64,000 bases of DNA from an uncultured Nitrososphaeraceae archaeon (GCA_963779615.1 CAVZZA010000005.1:352001-416000), one strand, 5' to 3'; counted from the stretch's first letter, positions 25,667 to 37,498 are shown. The notes: a model not told the origin generated them from the sequence alone. Translations and numbers: made by a program.

Positions 25667-26302
25667 TTATTGCTTTTTTGCTGTTGTTGTTGTACTGTAG
25701 TCTGTAGATGAGGAGGAGGTAGGGGTAGAGGTGGACACACTGACGTTAGAGTTTGCTGCTGCTGCGTCTTTGGCTGCTGCTGTCAGTTGTCTTGAGTTTT
25801 GCTCAAATGTTTTTGCGGTGTTTACGCCCATGTTTGACAGGTGCTTTGAGTTGTCCTTTGCCTGTTGCATCACTGATTTCCATGAGTCCAGGTTTGAGAA
25901 TATCATGTTGTTTGTGAGTCTGATTGCTGACACTGTGTTGTCTGCTACACTGCTAACAAACCTTGCGTATGCCTTGGTTGCTGCGTCAGGGGTTGCGAAC
26001 CTTGTTACTAGCCCGTTAAAGCTTTCGCTGTATGGGGCCCATGCTGATTGGAGTGAGCTGATTATTTCCTTTTGTGAGTCAATGTACTCCTCTGAAACCT
26101 CTTTTGCGGTTTGGAGTGACTGCTCCTGGTAGCTGTTAACGATGTTGTTGATTCGTGGAATCTGGTTTTTTGACTCGTCTATGGATTTTCTGATGTTGTC
26201 CTTTGCCTCGTCAAGTGACCTGTTGACTGACTCTTTGAAATCATTGTTATTGTTGTTATTGTTATATGAGTAACTTTCTTGTGTTTCTATTTTCTTTGAC
26301 AT
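25667..26302 (-). CDS. Alpha-helical hypothetical protein (multicopy family, phasin-like character)
   Basis: Amphipathic helical sequence; paralog of 7598-8279. TATA-like TTATATA just upstream. Confidence 0.8.
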   Translation of the reverse strand: MSKKIETQESYSYNNNNNNNDFKESVNRSLDEAKDNIRKSIDESKNQIPRINNIVNSYQEQSLQTAKEVSEEYIDSQKEIISSLQSAWAPYSESFNGLVTRFATPDAATKAYARFVSSVADNTVSAIRLTNNMIFSNLDSWKSVMQQAKDNSKHLSNMGVNTAKTFEQNSRQLTAAAKDAAAANSNVSVSTSTPTSSSSTDYSTTTTAKKQ

Positions 26303-27563
26303 CACTATCTGTTGGTTGGCATCCTATATAAAGACTGGTATCAAACGGTTTTTAATGCCAATAATTTACAGAACAGTGGCCAACCTCATGTGTATAGATG
26401 GTGGCAGCACCGTAACCTTGACCATCTGTCTTCGCGGCCATCGCACCGTCGATGTTGTGCATTGCAAAAAGACCAGTCTTACAACCACAACTCCTTATAT
26501 GCGTACTTGCCATAGATATATTATGGGTAATTACTCGGGCATTAGTGTATTAAAGTACACAACTTCCTTCCATACTTATATATAAACATTTGGTAGTGTG
26601 GGGTTCTCCTTTATTTTGAAAGGTGTACCGTGCCGCATAGAGGCATTTCCTGCCTTTGACGCCCACAACGGCTACGTGGCAACCCCAAAGCGAATACCCT
26701 ACCCTGGGTGCAAGTAAAAGGTGCCTGCTCGCGTGGAAGAGTGGGGATTCTGGACAATCCACTTTTGTTTTGGCGACCGATGTTCATGCTTGGCGGGTGC
26801 CGCACGCCGCGCGGTCATCCACAATCCAAGAGTGGGCATCAGGAAATATCGTCATGCGCATGCATGTGGAGAGGAGGTCATGGTGACGGCGTACATGAAA
26901 CAGGATGAGCTGAATTTCATGCTGTTAGCAACAAATTGCTGAAGGGAGGCAGCAGCAGCAGCGCGCTGCTCCATCATGTTTTTCAGTGGCTAAAGGAGAG
27001 CACAAGGCTATTCCGGATATCCTGTCAAGTCTCTGGGCAGCCCATTTTGTAGCCTTCTGGCGTGTCAGCAATGGTCAGACAATGAGAATTCCGATGTCGC
27101 TATCCGCCAACTTGTTTCTTTGCCTTCTTCTCTATGTGTTTGTGATGGTTGTTGTTAACTCCAGGCAATTCTCTGTCTCCTTCATTCCCTTCAAGGGTCA
27201 TTGGAAATGAATAATTATTGAACCCAATGAATAACGGGTCCGGAGGGCTTCGTGTCGATATCGGCCCTCTAAAGTAGATTCTAATCTTTGGAACTGTTAA
27301 GGATTTAAGGTTTTCAATTCATAAATAATTGCAAAACCCTTTCTATCCGGATTCTGCCAATTTCAATTTCTTTGTGATTGTCTTTTGAAACTATTGCCAT
27401 GTGTTATTTTTTCAGATATGGGACATGGTCAGAGTTTTGCCTTGTTTCTTTTTTTTGATAGTAATTCTTCTTTTTAAATGAAATCATCTGACTTTAGAAA
27501 ATGGGGAATATTTTGTTGTTGTATTTGGTTTCGTAATACCCTTCTTTTATTCTAAAATCATTA

Positions 27564-28589
27564 TCAGGATACAGCAATACTATGGGGGTCTAGAAATTGA
27601 TCGTTGGCACTCCCTTCAGAACCCCATTTCAAAATAAATTTGCCGTTGCTATCAAACTTTTGTACCCTGAAATTACCCTGTTCTGCTACATACACGTTGC
27701 CTGCTGAATCTATTGCTAGATCATGGGGACCATCTATTTGACCTTCTGCTGAGCCTTCAGAACCAAATGCTGAAATAAATTTGCCGTTGCTATCAAACTT
27801 TTGTATTTTGCCATTGCCATCATCAGTTACATACAAATTATTTGATGAGTCTACATCAATTCCTGCAGGTTGCTTCATCTGACCTTCTTCACCCCCTTCA
27901 GAACCCCATTTCAAAATAAATTTGCCGTTGCTATCAAACTTTTGAATATTTGCGTTATCTGTATCTGCTACATACACATTGCCTGCTGAATCTACGGCAA
28001 TTCCTTCTGGAGCCTCAAACTGTCCATTCTCTGTACCACCTGACCCCCACCTGAGCAGAAACTTGCCGTTGCTATCAAACTTTTGAACATTCAGGTTTGC
28101 CATGTCTGTCACATAGACGTTATCTTGTGAATCCAAAGCAATGCTGTGCGGATGAAAAAATTGTCCATTTTGTTGGCCTGCCGACCCCCACCTGAGCAGA
28201 AACTTGCCGTTGCTATCAAACTTTTGAACATTCAGGTTATTCATATCTACTACGTATACGTTGCCAGAAGAGTCCAGTCCAATTCCATGAGGAACTCCAA
28301 ACTGTCCAGTGTCTTTGCCTTCGAAACCCCACTTGAGCAGAAACTTGCCGTTGCTATCAAACTTTTGAACTCGAATGTTTTCGTAATCCACCACATATGC
28401 AGAAGGTGTTGAACCATTGTTTTTACTGGTTGCTTCTTTACCCGCGGCAGATCCATTTGTTCCTTGAAGGACAAAATTTCCTTGTGTCATGTTGATTGCA
28501 TATATAGGTACAAGGCATTGCAAAAGTAAGGTAAAAGATATTGAAAAAACCATTAAATAAACAATATTTGCAAGTTTTATTCTATTCAT
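27564..28589 (-). CDS. Secreted NHL-repeat six-bladed beta-propeller protein
   Basis: Signal peptide and six repeats of GNVYV.D..N..VQKFDSNGKF...WG..G...GQF..P. Confidence 0.92.
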   Translation of the reverse strand: MNRIKLANIVYLMVFSISFTLLLQCLVPIYAINMTQGNFVLQGTNGSAAGKEATSKNNGSTPSAYVVDYENIRVQKFDSNGKFLLKWGFEGKDTGQFGVPHGIGLDSSGNVYVVDMNNLNVQKFDSNGKFLLRWGSAGQQNGQFFHPHSIALDSQDNVYVTDMANLNVQKFDSNGKFLLRWGSGGTENGQFEAPEGIAVDSAGNVYVADTDNANIQKFDSNGKFILKWGSEGGEEGQMKQPAGIDVDSSNNLYVTDDGNGKIQKFDSNGKFISAFGSEGSAEGQIDGPHDLAIDSAGNVYVAEQGNFRVQKFDSNGKFILKWGSEGSANDQFLDPHSIAVS

Positions 28590-28898
28590 AAATATATATA
28601 TATAGTATTACTGTTTCGGGTATATCTGCTTTTTAGCATAATCGTCTACTTTATCATTATAAATGAAAAAATTTATAGGAATTTACCGCATAATGATGCT
28701 GCTTCGCCGCCTAATTCAGCAGATGTGTTTGGGTTGGTGCTAATGAAAACATTATAAAATAATTGTCATCTGCTGCCTGTTGCATAACTAGTCATTCTTA
28801 AGATCATGCCCATCTTGCTCATGCCATTCTTTCCAAACATGTTGGCATTGGATAACCCGTTTTAGAATTATCATCATCTTGTGGACACGGGTTCGTCT

Positions 28899-29534
28899 TT
28901 ATTCTATCTTTACTTCTTTTCCTTTGGGCTTTGTTTCTTTCTTTTTGTTAAATGCTATTTCCAGTATTCCGTTATTGTATGTGGACTTTACAGTTTCGAT
29001 ATTTGCTTCTTGTGGTAAATCTATAGTTTTGTGGTATTTTCTTTTAGGATCATTGGACAGTATTTCTACCGAACCATCGTATACATTTACCTTTATGTCT
29101 TCTTTTTTCACACCAGGCATCTCTAGTATGACCTTTACTTCCGTATCAGTCACATTTACGTCCGCTAACGGTTCTCTTTCAGCAGTAATCTGCGGATGAG
29201 CACCCATTCCTCCAGTTCCCCCCATTCTACTGTCAAGTGATTTAACATTTCCAAATTCTCTTACATGGGGTTTGCCATCAGGCCCAATAGTCATTGAATA
29301 GCCATATACTATTGGTCCCACTTCTCGCACTTTACCCCCCTCTGGCGTTTGGTATTCCCTTACCAATTCTTTTGGAGCATTTGATTGAATATCACCAAAC
29401 TGGTTGAACATTCTTTGCATTTCCCTTTGCATGTCGTCTAATTCTCTGAATACATCTCTTTCGAAAAAATCTCTTCCAGATCCACCAAAGAATCGCTTAA
29501 ACCAATCATAAGGTTGAATATCTTTACTACTCAT
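28899..29534 (-). CDS. hsp20: Archaeal small heat shock protein Hsp20
   Basis: GPIVYGYSMTIGPDGKPHVREFGN and alpha-crystallin domain (EMPGVKKEDI, TYNNGILEI). Confidence 0.93.
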   Translation of the reverse strand: MSSKDIQPYDWFKRFFGGSGRDFFERDVFRELDDMQREMQRMFNQFGDIQSNAPKELVREYQTPEGGKVREVGPIVYGYSMTIGPDGKPHVREFGNVKSLDSRMGGTGGMGAHPQITAEREPLADVNVTDTEVKVILEMPGVKKEDIKVNVYDGSVEILSNDPKRKYHKTIDLPQEANIETVKSTYNNGILEIAFNKKKETKPKGKEVKIE

Positions 29535-30523
29535 ATCGAGTAATATTATATAACATATGTTAAATACCCACATATTTTAAAAAATAGACTAAATAATAAA
29601 TTTTATTACTTTTATATTCAAATAAATGAAATTTTCCTTTGAATGTTTTTAAAATGTTATAAAAATGAAATATAAAGCTAATAACAGCAACTGGACAAAC
29701 AAAATTGGCCATTATAAAATTCGGCAACTGACTATATACAAATCACAAAAAAAAGATTGCCGCTATACTGGATAATGTTGGATCAAAGGAATTTATGATC
29801 TCAATCACCACATTAAAAGAACGACGCGTTAAATTTATTTTAACTGAATAGTATTTTCAATTGGTTTGAATATAGACGAATATCCAAATGACTCAATTTT
29901 TACCTATCAAAAGTATGGCATTGTAAAAGCATACAATTTGGAAAAAGTTATTAGAACACAAAAAAAGGTCGATTTAGAGCGCATTATTAATTTAGTTTAC
30001 TTCTTGATATTTTTCTCTGGTTAAAGGGGGCCTTAACCCAAATAATTACAATATCTAGATAGCAAAATCCTCCTTCTTATAAGATCTATCAACCTATACG
30101 CCTTTTATTCGTAGAACCCTTTTAAAAGAACCGTTATGAGTATGAACCGGGTGGAATATATGCTGCAAGAATGACATGGAACTTTTTTCTAATATTTTTA
30201 GCACAAAATAGTTATCATTTGATTATGATTTACTTGAATGATACAAATTTATACATTTTACTTGGTTTATTGTAACAATCTCATTAAACGTTGTTAGATC
30301 TTATCAGCACAATAATATAGTGACATAAAAACCGGAAATTAGGAGTTTATCAAAAAAATTTTGGCTATACATGATTAAATAAAGTGATTTTAATCCTAAA
30401 CAAAAGAGGCTCAATACATAAAACTTCCCGGTAATGGAATTTATCGCCTATACTATGAAATTGCTAAAATAGAGAAAGAATGAAAGAAGGTACGCTAGGC
30501 GATGGACTTATCTATTCTTCCCC

Positions 30524-32050
30524 TCAGTCTGAGCCGCCACCGTCTGAGCCGCCACCGTCTGAGCCGCCACCGTCTGAGCCGCCACCGTCTGAGCCGCCAC
30601 CGTCTGAGCCGCCACCGTCTGAGCCGCCACCGTCTGAGCCGCCACCGTCTGAGCCGCCACCGTCTGAGCCGCCACCGTCTGAGCCGCCACCGTCTGAGCC
30701 GCCACCGTCTGAGCCGCCACCGTCTGAGCCGTCGCCATTATCTCCCTTTGAGCCGTCGCCATCGTCTGGGAAACCTATTCCATTGTTGTCACCGTCACTT
30801 TCTGAAGTGGGTTGAGCACTGTTGTCTTTTTCTGCAGTAGTAGGAGGCGCTGTCGTGTCTGCAGTAGTAGGAGGCGCTGTCGTGTCTGCAGTAGTAGGAG
30901 GCGCTGTCGTGTCTGCAGTAGTAGGAGGCGCTGTCGTGTCTGCAGTAGTAGGAGGCGCTGTCGTGTCTGCAGTAGTAGGAGGCGCTGTCGTGTCTGCAGT
31001 AGTAGGAGGCGCTGTCGTGTCTGTAGCACCCTCTGGAGGAGGCAATGTTACACCTGAAACCACGAGTGGTGTGGATGCTGTCGTGTCTGCAGTAGTAGGA
31101 GGCGCTGTCGTGTCTGTAGCACCCTCTGGAGGAGGCAATGTTACACCTGAAACCACGAGTGGTGTGGATGCTGTCGTGTCTGTAGCATCCTCTGAAGGAG
31201 GTGTTGTTGCACCTTTAACATCTGGTGAAGTAGGTAATATCGACGCAGCCGATTCTGTTGATGTAGGTCCACCGGGTGATATAGGTAGTACCGGTACAAG
31301 GTTTCCATTTGTATTCTTTACAAGATTAAGAGATTCACCTTTTTGTATGGTTACAGAAGCGAGATCTCCTGTTGGACTATTGGCTGCCTGCAGTGCTATT
31401 ACCCCTATAGATGCAAGTTGTAAAGTGTTTGGATCAATATTTCCACCACTTCCCGCAGCTAGTCGCCCGTTTACATTATTTATAACAGTATTACATTGGG
31501 CATTATTTTGACAATTGATAACCGTATCAGTGACTATAACTTGACAGATACCGATGCAATCGATGTTGTAGCTGCCACCGCCTTTCTTGCTGTTGCCGCT
31601 GCCACTGCTACTTTTATAAATTTTCTTTACAACTAAATCATAAGTACTCTTTTTAGATGTTATTTGTTTTACATATATCACAAGTGATGAACCTACAATT
31701 CCGTGCGGGTTGGACAAAATCTGATAAGCGATCTGCTGAAGTTCCTGACACGCTTTGGTCTGTCCAGAATTAGTGGTTGCTTCTTTAACCATCTGTTGAA
31801 GTAAAAGCGTGATACTAGACGTACTGACACCAGGATAGGATTTTGCAATAACTTGTGCTAGTGGATTAATCAGATTGGTACAACTAGTTTTCATAACCCA
31901 ATTCTTTATTTGGGCAAGATTCGCATTCTGTGCATTAACATTTACATTTAGTGCTGGGACAAATGCTAAACCAGTTATTAGTAAAACTGCTAATGTAACT
32001 ATTCCAACTTCTGATGCGTTTTGTTCTCGAAACAACTCCTTATCCCTCAA
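30524..32050 (-). CDS. Secreted protein with a Cys-containing N-terminal domain, Thr/Pro stalk and (GGGSD)n acidic tail
   Basis: Hydrophobic signal (VGIVTLAVLLITGLAFVPAL), paired Cys, then repeats to the stop. Confidence 0.75.
   Translation of the reverse strand: MRDKELFREQNASEVGIVTLAVLLITGLAFVPALNVNVNAQNANLAQIKNWVMKTSCTNLINPLAQVIAKSYPGVSTSSITLLLQQMVKEATTNSGQTKACQELQQIAYQILSNPHGIVGSSLVIYVKQITSKKSTYDLVVKKIYKSSSGSGNSKKGGGSYNIDCIGICQVIVTDTVINCQNNAQCNTVINNVNGRLAAGSGGNIDPNTLQLASIGVIALQAANSPTGDLASVTIQKGESLNLVKNTNGNLVPVLPISPGGPTSTESAASILPTSPDVKGATTPPSEDATDTTASTPLVVSGVTLPPPEGATDTTAPPTTADTTASTPLVVSGVTLPPPEGATDTTAPPTTADTTAPPTTADTTAPPTTADTTAPPTTADTTAPPTTADTTAPPTTADTTAPPTTAEKDNSAQPTSESDGDNNGIGFPDDGDGSKGDNGDGSDGGGSDGGGSDGGGSDGGGSDGGGSDGGGSDGGGSDGGGSDGGGSDGGGSDGGGSDGGGSDGGGSD
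30527..30730 (-). repeat. 15-bp coding tandem repeat (GGGSD), about 13 copies
   Basis: TCTGAGCCGCCACCG repeated on the + strand. Confidence 0.95.
30831..31190 (-). repeat. 27-bp coding repeat (DTTAPPTTA, about 7 tandem copies) plus a 93-bp-period duplication
   Basis: TCTGCAGTAGTAGGAGGCGCTGTCGTG tandem array; the TCTGTAGCACCCTCTGGAGG block occurs at about 31020 and 31113. Confidence 0.92.
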
Positions 32051-32985
32051 TCAATACAACCAATATACAGAACAGTTAATTTTGTGTTAATGTAGCATAG
32101 ACTGAATTTACTTTGCTGGACATAACAACGGCTAAACCGCGTTTTATCATTTGCACTTATAATTGTTAACAATTTTTTTACAATTTGTATATTTATTGTA
32201 TAAATATAAATAGTTGTTGTTGAATATTTGTATATTTTTCAAATTAAATACAATCTTTTTCATCTTAGAAAAATTAAAGCATCTGTAAAACTATGTGCTA
32301 AATTGTTTCGTGACTTATATACAATTAGTCTTTTTTTGCTTGTTCATTAATTTCTTACTGTGTGATCCATCTTCTGAGTTTCTTTTGTTCTGTGTTTATC
32401 TTTATCAAATTTAAAATCAACCTATGTGATTGACCAAATATTAAATGTCTGTTATCTTTGCTTTGTTGCATGATTCGAAACACAGTTAAAACTATGCTAC
32501 TTTCCTGGTAATACATATTAAGTTATGACTAGTTACCCTTTGGACAATAACCAAAGCCATAACAAAAAACGATTTGCAATATTCATGCAACAAAGCACAC
32601 CTAATGTATAAATTTTAACAACCATCGATCCTGCATGAATTAATCCATCAGGCTAGTGTGTGCAATGGCGCCATTTCCACCATCCCCCCTCCATCCTTTT
32701 ATACCGCACATTGCGGGCATACCGTAACTGTCAAGAGCATGGTCATTCCATGGTATTTGGTTTATGCCTATTCCCGTTGGAATAATGGTGTGTTTATTGT
32801 CCACCATGATTTTTAAACTTGAATGTATATGTAAGTACCACAGAATTGGCTTTTCCGGATTTTATCTCATACCGGGTTGCACCATCAGCAAGTTAGATAA
32901 CTGCCTTGCTGACAAAAGTATATAAGAATCAAAAGAGATTGGTTTCATTTACATTTGGATAATAATTTGTTTAATTGTCTAAAGC

Positions 32986-35445
32986 TTGGAGTATCGTCAA
33001 AAAATAATGTCTTCAGGAATTAGACAGCCTGCAACACCCACACATCCCCATGAGCACAAACTTGTTCGCTCACTGACTCTTTTGGACATCGTTATGATTG
33101 GAATAGCCGCCATGATTGGCGGTTCAATTTTTGTTTTGACAGGTCCGGCAATAGGCTTGGCCGGCAGTGCTGTGATTTTGGCGTTTATCATAAACGCTGC
33201 AATCACCCTTTTTACCGCAATGGGCTATGCTGAACTAGGTTCTGCAATGCCCGAAGCCGGTGGAGGCTATTTGTGGGTCAGAGAGGGCCTGCCTCGTCCA
33301 AACGCCTTCATTAGTGGATGGATGGCATGGCTTGCGCACATTATTGCCGGCAGCCTTTATTCTGTTGGATTCGGTTCCTTTTTTGTAAGCTTTTTGCACA
33401 TGACCAACGTTCTTACAGTAGACAGCCTTTTTGGTTTCATTCCAGTAGACAAGTTAATCGCCGTTGTGTCCATAGCATTGTTTACAATTGTTAACATTAG
33501 AGGAACCTCAGAAACAGGCAAAATTGGAACCGTGGTAACAGTTGTTCAACTTGTTGCCATTATTTCTGTCATAATTGCAGGATTCTGGACCATGGCAAAC
33601 AACAGCAGTAGTAACACTTGGCAATCCAACTTTGCAGACTTTATGCCTATGGGTTTGGGTGGATTAGTTTCCGCAATGGGTTTAACCTTTATTGCGTTTG
33701 AGGGATATGAAGTAATAGTTCAATCTGGGGAAGAGGTAAAAAACCCCAAAAGAAACATTCCAAGAGCAATATTCATTTCCCTTGCCCTTGTGGTCGTTAT
33801 GTATTGCCTTGTTGCCTTTGTTTCACTTGGCGCAATCTTTCCTGAAACTGGTCCATCCTGGCAGTTCATAGGTCAGAATGGTGATTTGGGAATCTCAAAG
33901 GCAGCGGAGATATTTATGCCATATGGTGGACTCATTGTGCTGGCAGGTGGAATAGTCTCCACTCTGGCTGCCTTAAACGCCACAACATTCTCTTCAGCCC
34001 GAGTTGCTTTTGCAATGGGGAGGCACTATAACTTGCCCCATAAACTAAGCGAAATACACCCCAAATTTAAGACACCTTACGTTTCCGTTTTACTGTCATC
34101 CATAATAATGGGAGTAATGGCTTATGCTCTGCCTCTTGAATCCATAGCCCAGGCTTCTGGTGTCATATTCTTGCTTTTGTTTACCCAGGTCAATGTGGCT
34201 GTAATTACCATACGCAAAATGTATGGCGATAAGCTTGATTATGGGTTCAAGACACCATTCTTTCCTATTGTTCCAATAACAGGAATAATACTAAAATTAG
34301 GACTTGCGCTTTACCTTTTAGTCACTGCCCCATTTAGCTGGGTTATTACCGCCTTATGGGTTTTGGTAGGCTTTACCATTTACAGAATATTTACCTTTAG
34401 GAAGGAAGTTGAACACTATTATCCAATAATAACAAGTGAGGGCAACCTTGTAAGAAAAGATTTTAGAATTCTGATACCGTACACCCCTGAGAACCCAGAC
34501 AGGCTACTCAAATATGCAGTACCAGTGGCCAAGGAAAAAGATGGCGAGATAAACATCATAAGAACAATAACCGTTCCCCATCAAACACCCCTGTCAGCCG
34601 GGATAGCATTTGTGGATTCCGCAAGAAAGGCATTTGAGCCTCTTGAAGACATGTTGAACAAAGAGGGCATAGTTTACCATTACCTTGTAAGGGTTTCCCA
34701 TGATTCCACAGAAGCAGTCCTATCTACAATAGCTGAGCAAAAAATTAGCTTGCTGATTATAGACTATGACACGATAAGAATAAACAAAAAACTGCAAACT
34801 TTAATCACCTGTGACTTTTTGGCAGTTCTTCCCCATAATGATGATAACATAGCCTTTGAAAGACAAGACGTGACGATGGATAAACAAGGATTAGCCAAAG
34901 AAAACAGGAAAAACATGGTAATCCTGTATGATGATGGAGACAATTCTGATGAAGTTCTAAAGATAACCAATTGGTTTGCAAATACTGGAAACTTCAACTT
35001 GAATGTTGTTTCGATAATTAGAAAAGATATTGTGGATAATTATGAAATCGACAAGACCAAATCCCATTACTCTGTAAGTGATAAAGGCTATTCTGAGTAT
35101 GTCAAAAGAAGGGAACATTTCCAACAGGCCGGGGTTGAACTCAACGAGATACATGTTTCTGAAGATATCGAAAAAGACGATATGCGGTTTGGAAAATTGA
35201 TACTAAAATCAATTGTCGCATACAGTCCGGACATAGTAATTACCGAATCAACCCTTGGAAAATACAGTCTGCTAACCAAATCAAGTTTTGCCAACCTTTT
35301 GATGTACAGGTTGAACTGCCCAATAATAATCGTAAAGGACATCTCTTTTCCACTGGTCAATATTTTAACACGCATCATAAAGCAAACTACTGGTCACCTG
35401 GGCCCATCTTACCTTGTAAAATTGATACGGAGCAATATTAAATAA
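32986..35445 (+). CDS. APC-family amino acid permease with C-terminal USP-like domains
   Basis: IGIAAMIGGSIF, YAELGSAMPEAGGGY and AFEGYE....GEEVKNPKRNIP motifs; soluble tail with USP-type strands ending NCPIIIVK. Start may be ATG 33007. Confidence 0.9.
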   Translation: MEYRQKIMSSGIRQPATPTHPHEHKLVRSLTLLDIVMIGIAAMIGGSIFVLTGPAIGLAGSAVILAFIINAAITLFTAMGYAELGSAMPEAGGGYLWVREGLPRPNAFISGWMAWLAHIIAGSLYSVGFGSFFVSFLHMTNVLTVDSLFGFIPVDKLIAVVSIALFTIVNIRGTSETGKIGTVVTVVQLVAIISVIIAGFWTMANNSSSNTWQSNFADFMPMGLGGLVSAMGLTFIAFEGYEVIVQSGEEVKNPKRNIPRAIFISLALVVVMYCLVAFVSLGAIFPETGPSWQFIGQNGDLGISKAAEIFMPYGGLIVLAGGIVSTLAALNATTFSSARVAFAMGRHYNLPHKLSEIHPKFKTPYVSVLLSSIIMGVMAYALPLESIAQASGVIFLLLFTQVNVAVITIRKMYGDKLDYGFKTPFFPIVPITGIILKLGLALYLLVTAPFSWVITALWVLVGFTIYRIFTFRKEVEHYYPIITSEGNLVRKDFRILIPYTPENPDRLLKYAVPVAKEKDGEINIIRTITVPHQTPLSAGIAFVDSARKAFEPLEDMLNKEGIVYHYLVRVSHDSTEAVLSTIAEQKISLLIIDYDTIRINKKLQTLITCDFLAVLPHNDDNIAFERQDVTMDKQGLAKENRKNMVILYDDGDNSDEVLKITNWFANTGNFNLNVVSIIRKDIVDNYEIDKTKSHYSVSDKGYSEYVKRREHFQQAGVELNEIHVSEDIEKDDMRFGKLILKSIVAYSPDIVITESTLGKYSLLTKSSFANLLMYRLNCPIIIVKDISFPLVNILTRIIKQTTGHLGPSYLVKLIRSNIK

Positions 35446-35665
35446 TTCATCTTTTATTGCATCTCTAAAACCACATTTTCTCATGAATCAACAAAAAATA
35501 AACTTTTTTGACAATACGTATCAAATATAAAAAAAACAAGATACTGACAAACCAGGCAAAACCAAATCCTCTATAATAAATGACCCAAAAGTAGAGCGCT
35601 GGAAAATCATCAGTCAACTTGATATTTCAGGTTGATATGAAGGGTTTTTAATCACTATTTTTGAG

Positions 35666-36253
35666 ATGCTCCATACCTTGGTTGACACCCTTGAGCGTTC
35701 AGTTGCATCATACATAAATGGGCAATACATATCATTAGACGAAACCACCAGAGTAACAAATGCGGTAAACCAAATGCACCCTAAAAAGGTTGAAACAATA
35801 ATAATAGTAATGCCAAAAGACGGAAAGCCCATAGGGTTTGTAACAGAAAGAGATGTTTTGGACAAGGTCGTAATGAACAGCATTGATCCGGCTGATTTTT
35901 CCAAATGACATTATGACATCCCCCCCATCATAACACTATCTACAAAGGCGACAGTGTGGGACGCCTTTGAAACTATGAGGTTCAAAATAATAAAACGAAT
36001 CCCATTCACTACTCCAGAAAATCAAAATGCGATAGTTGGCATTGTAACACAGGTAACAGTAGCTAATGCTGTAAGAACATCGGTTTTAAAAAGGACTTTT
36101 CGTCCATATTTGGTAATAGTAGGAGAGCGGTACAAGCCTATTGCGGGCAATATAGGATTTCTGAATCACGAATCAGATGGGGATTCTCTTGTGGAAAATA
36201 CGGAAAGAATCAAAAAATTATCACACAAGGCATACCGGGTTTTCGAGTATTAA
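35666..36253 (+). pseudogene. CBS-domain protein, frameshifted
   Basis: PIGFVTERDVLDKV in the first frame; after a shift near 35900, DIMTSPPIITL...VWDAFETMR..IKRIP....VGIVT. Confidence 0.75.
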
Positions 36254-36320
36254 CAAAAAACATCTGCCATTGCAAATGGTGTCTACATAATTTTAAATAA
36301 AAAATCGGGTCATTTTCCAT

Positions 36321-36971
36321 ATGTCAATATCGGTTGACGATTCCATAAAAAAGGAAAACTCAGAACCAATTCAGGAAATAAAAAGAAGAACAAGACAACC
36401 AACCTTTCCCATAAACCCCCTGCTTCTCAACAGATGGTCCCCAAGGTCAATGACGGGCGAGGAAATGGATGACGAAACCATAATGGCCCTTTTTGAGGCT
36501 GCAAGATGGGCACCCTCATCCTACAACAACCAGCCATGGAGGTTTATCTATGCGAAGAGGAACACCTCACACTGGAACAGGCTTTTTGGTTTGGTGGCAG
36601 AACCAAACAAGGTGTGGGCAAAAAACGCTGCACTGCTTGTTGTGGTTGCCTCAAACAAACAATTTGACATCAACGGAAAATACTCCATAACGCACCAGTA
36701 TGACGCTGGGGCCGCTTGGGAAAACCTGGCCTTGGAGGCATCAACAAGGGATTTGGTGGCCCATGGCATGCAGGGGTTTGACTATGAGAGGGCAAGGTCC
36801 GACTTGGCAATTCCAGACAGCTTTGACGTTATGGCCATGATTGCGATTGGGAAAAGGGGTCCGAAAGAAAACCTGCCAATGAACCTGCAGGAAAAGGAGA
36901 ACCCAAACGGCAGAAAGCCATTGATGGAAATAGCCATGGAGGGGCGCTTCATGGGAAAGAAGAACGGATGA
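36321..36971 (+). CDS. Nitroreductase family protein
   Basis: RWSPRS, EAARWAPSSYNNQPWRF, YDAGAAW and HGMQGFD motifs. Confidence 0.93.
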   Translation: MSISVDDSIKKENSEPIQEIKRRTRQPTFPINPLLLNRWSPRSMTGEEMDDETIMALFEAARWAPSSYNNQPWRFIYAKRNTSHWNRLFGLVAEPNKVWAKNAALLVVVASNKQFDINGKYSITHQYDAGAAWENLALEASTRDLVAHGMQGFDYERARSDLAIPDSFDVMAMIAIGKRGPKENLPMNLQEKENPNGRKPLMEIAMEGRFMGKKNG

Positions 36972-37169
36972 TTGCAAACCAAAAGTTTTTCCACATCCAT
37001 TTTTTTACTGCTTTTTGGGACACGTATTTCCAAGTAGATGGTGGGCTTTACTTGCCAACAGCAAAGTATTGAAAAGTAACACAGTGCCATTTCAATCAAA
37101 ACTTTAGATTAATGCTCAAATTCGATTCTATACACAAGACAATAAAAATGGAATGAAAAAAAAGAAGAC

Positions 37170-37275
37170 TTAACCCCAGGTGTCGTCTCACATCAACAAT
37201 TACTGCCATAGGGTTGTCTTCCAAACGGCTGATAAACTGGCTCCATTGGCGATCTGAGTGCCCTATGATAAACAT
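37170..37275 (-). pseudogene. DUF488-family N-terminal remnant
   Basis: FIIGHSDR....FI..L......IVDVRRH matches the DUF488 TIGHS...LVDVR pattern, then degenerates. Confidence 0.55.
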
Positions 37276-37498
37276 TTGGGTCACAAATACATTCAATCAA
37301 TTAGCATATGCCATATTTTTTATCTATTGAGGATGTCATTTAATTTACGGATATTATGCCTCCGTTAGTTTATGAAAATTTGAGGATTATTAGTCTTATT
37401 GCCAATTTAAAAATACAACAAGATTTTAAATTATGATAAAAATTTGGTGAGGTTTTGGGTTAGTCCATGGCAGAATTTTCTCATCCACCCATCAAGCA

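Noticed and set aside
26600-26980. GC-richer patch with many short overlapping ORFs; considered as ncRNA (RNase P, SRP) or a gene
   Set aside because: No diagnostic RNA motif or protein family recognised; probably an eroded gene fragment. An Rfam or BLASTX search would settle it.
30480-31511. Overlapping ORFs over the 15-bp and 27-bp repeats
   Set aside because: Repeat shadows of 30524-32050.
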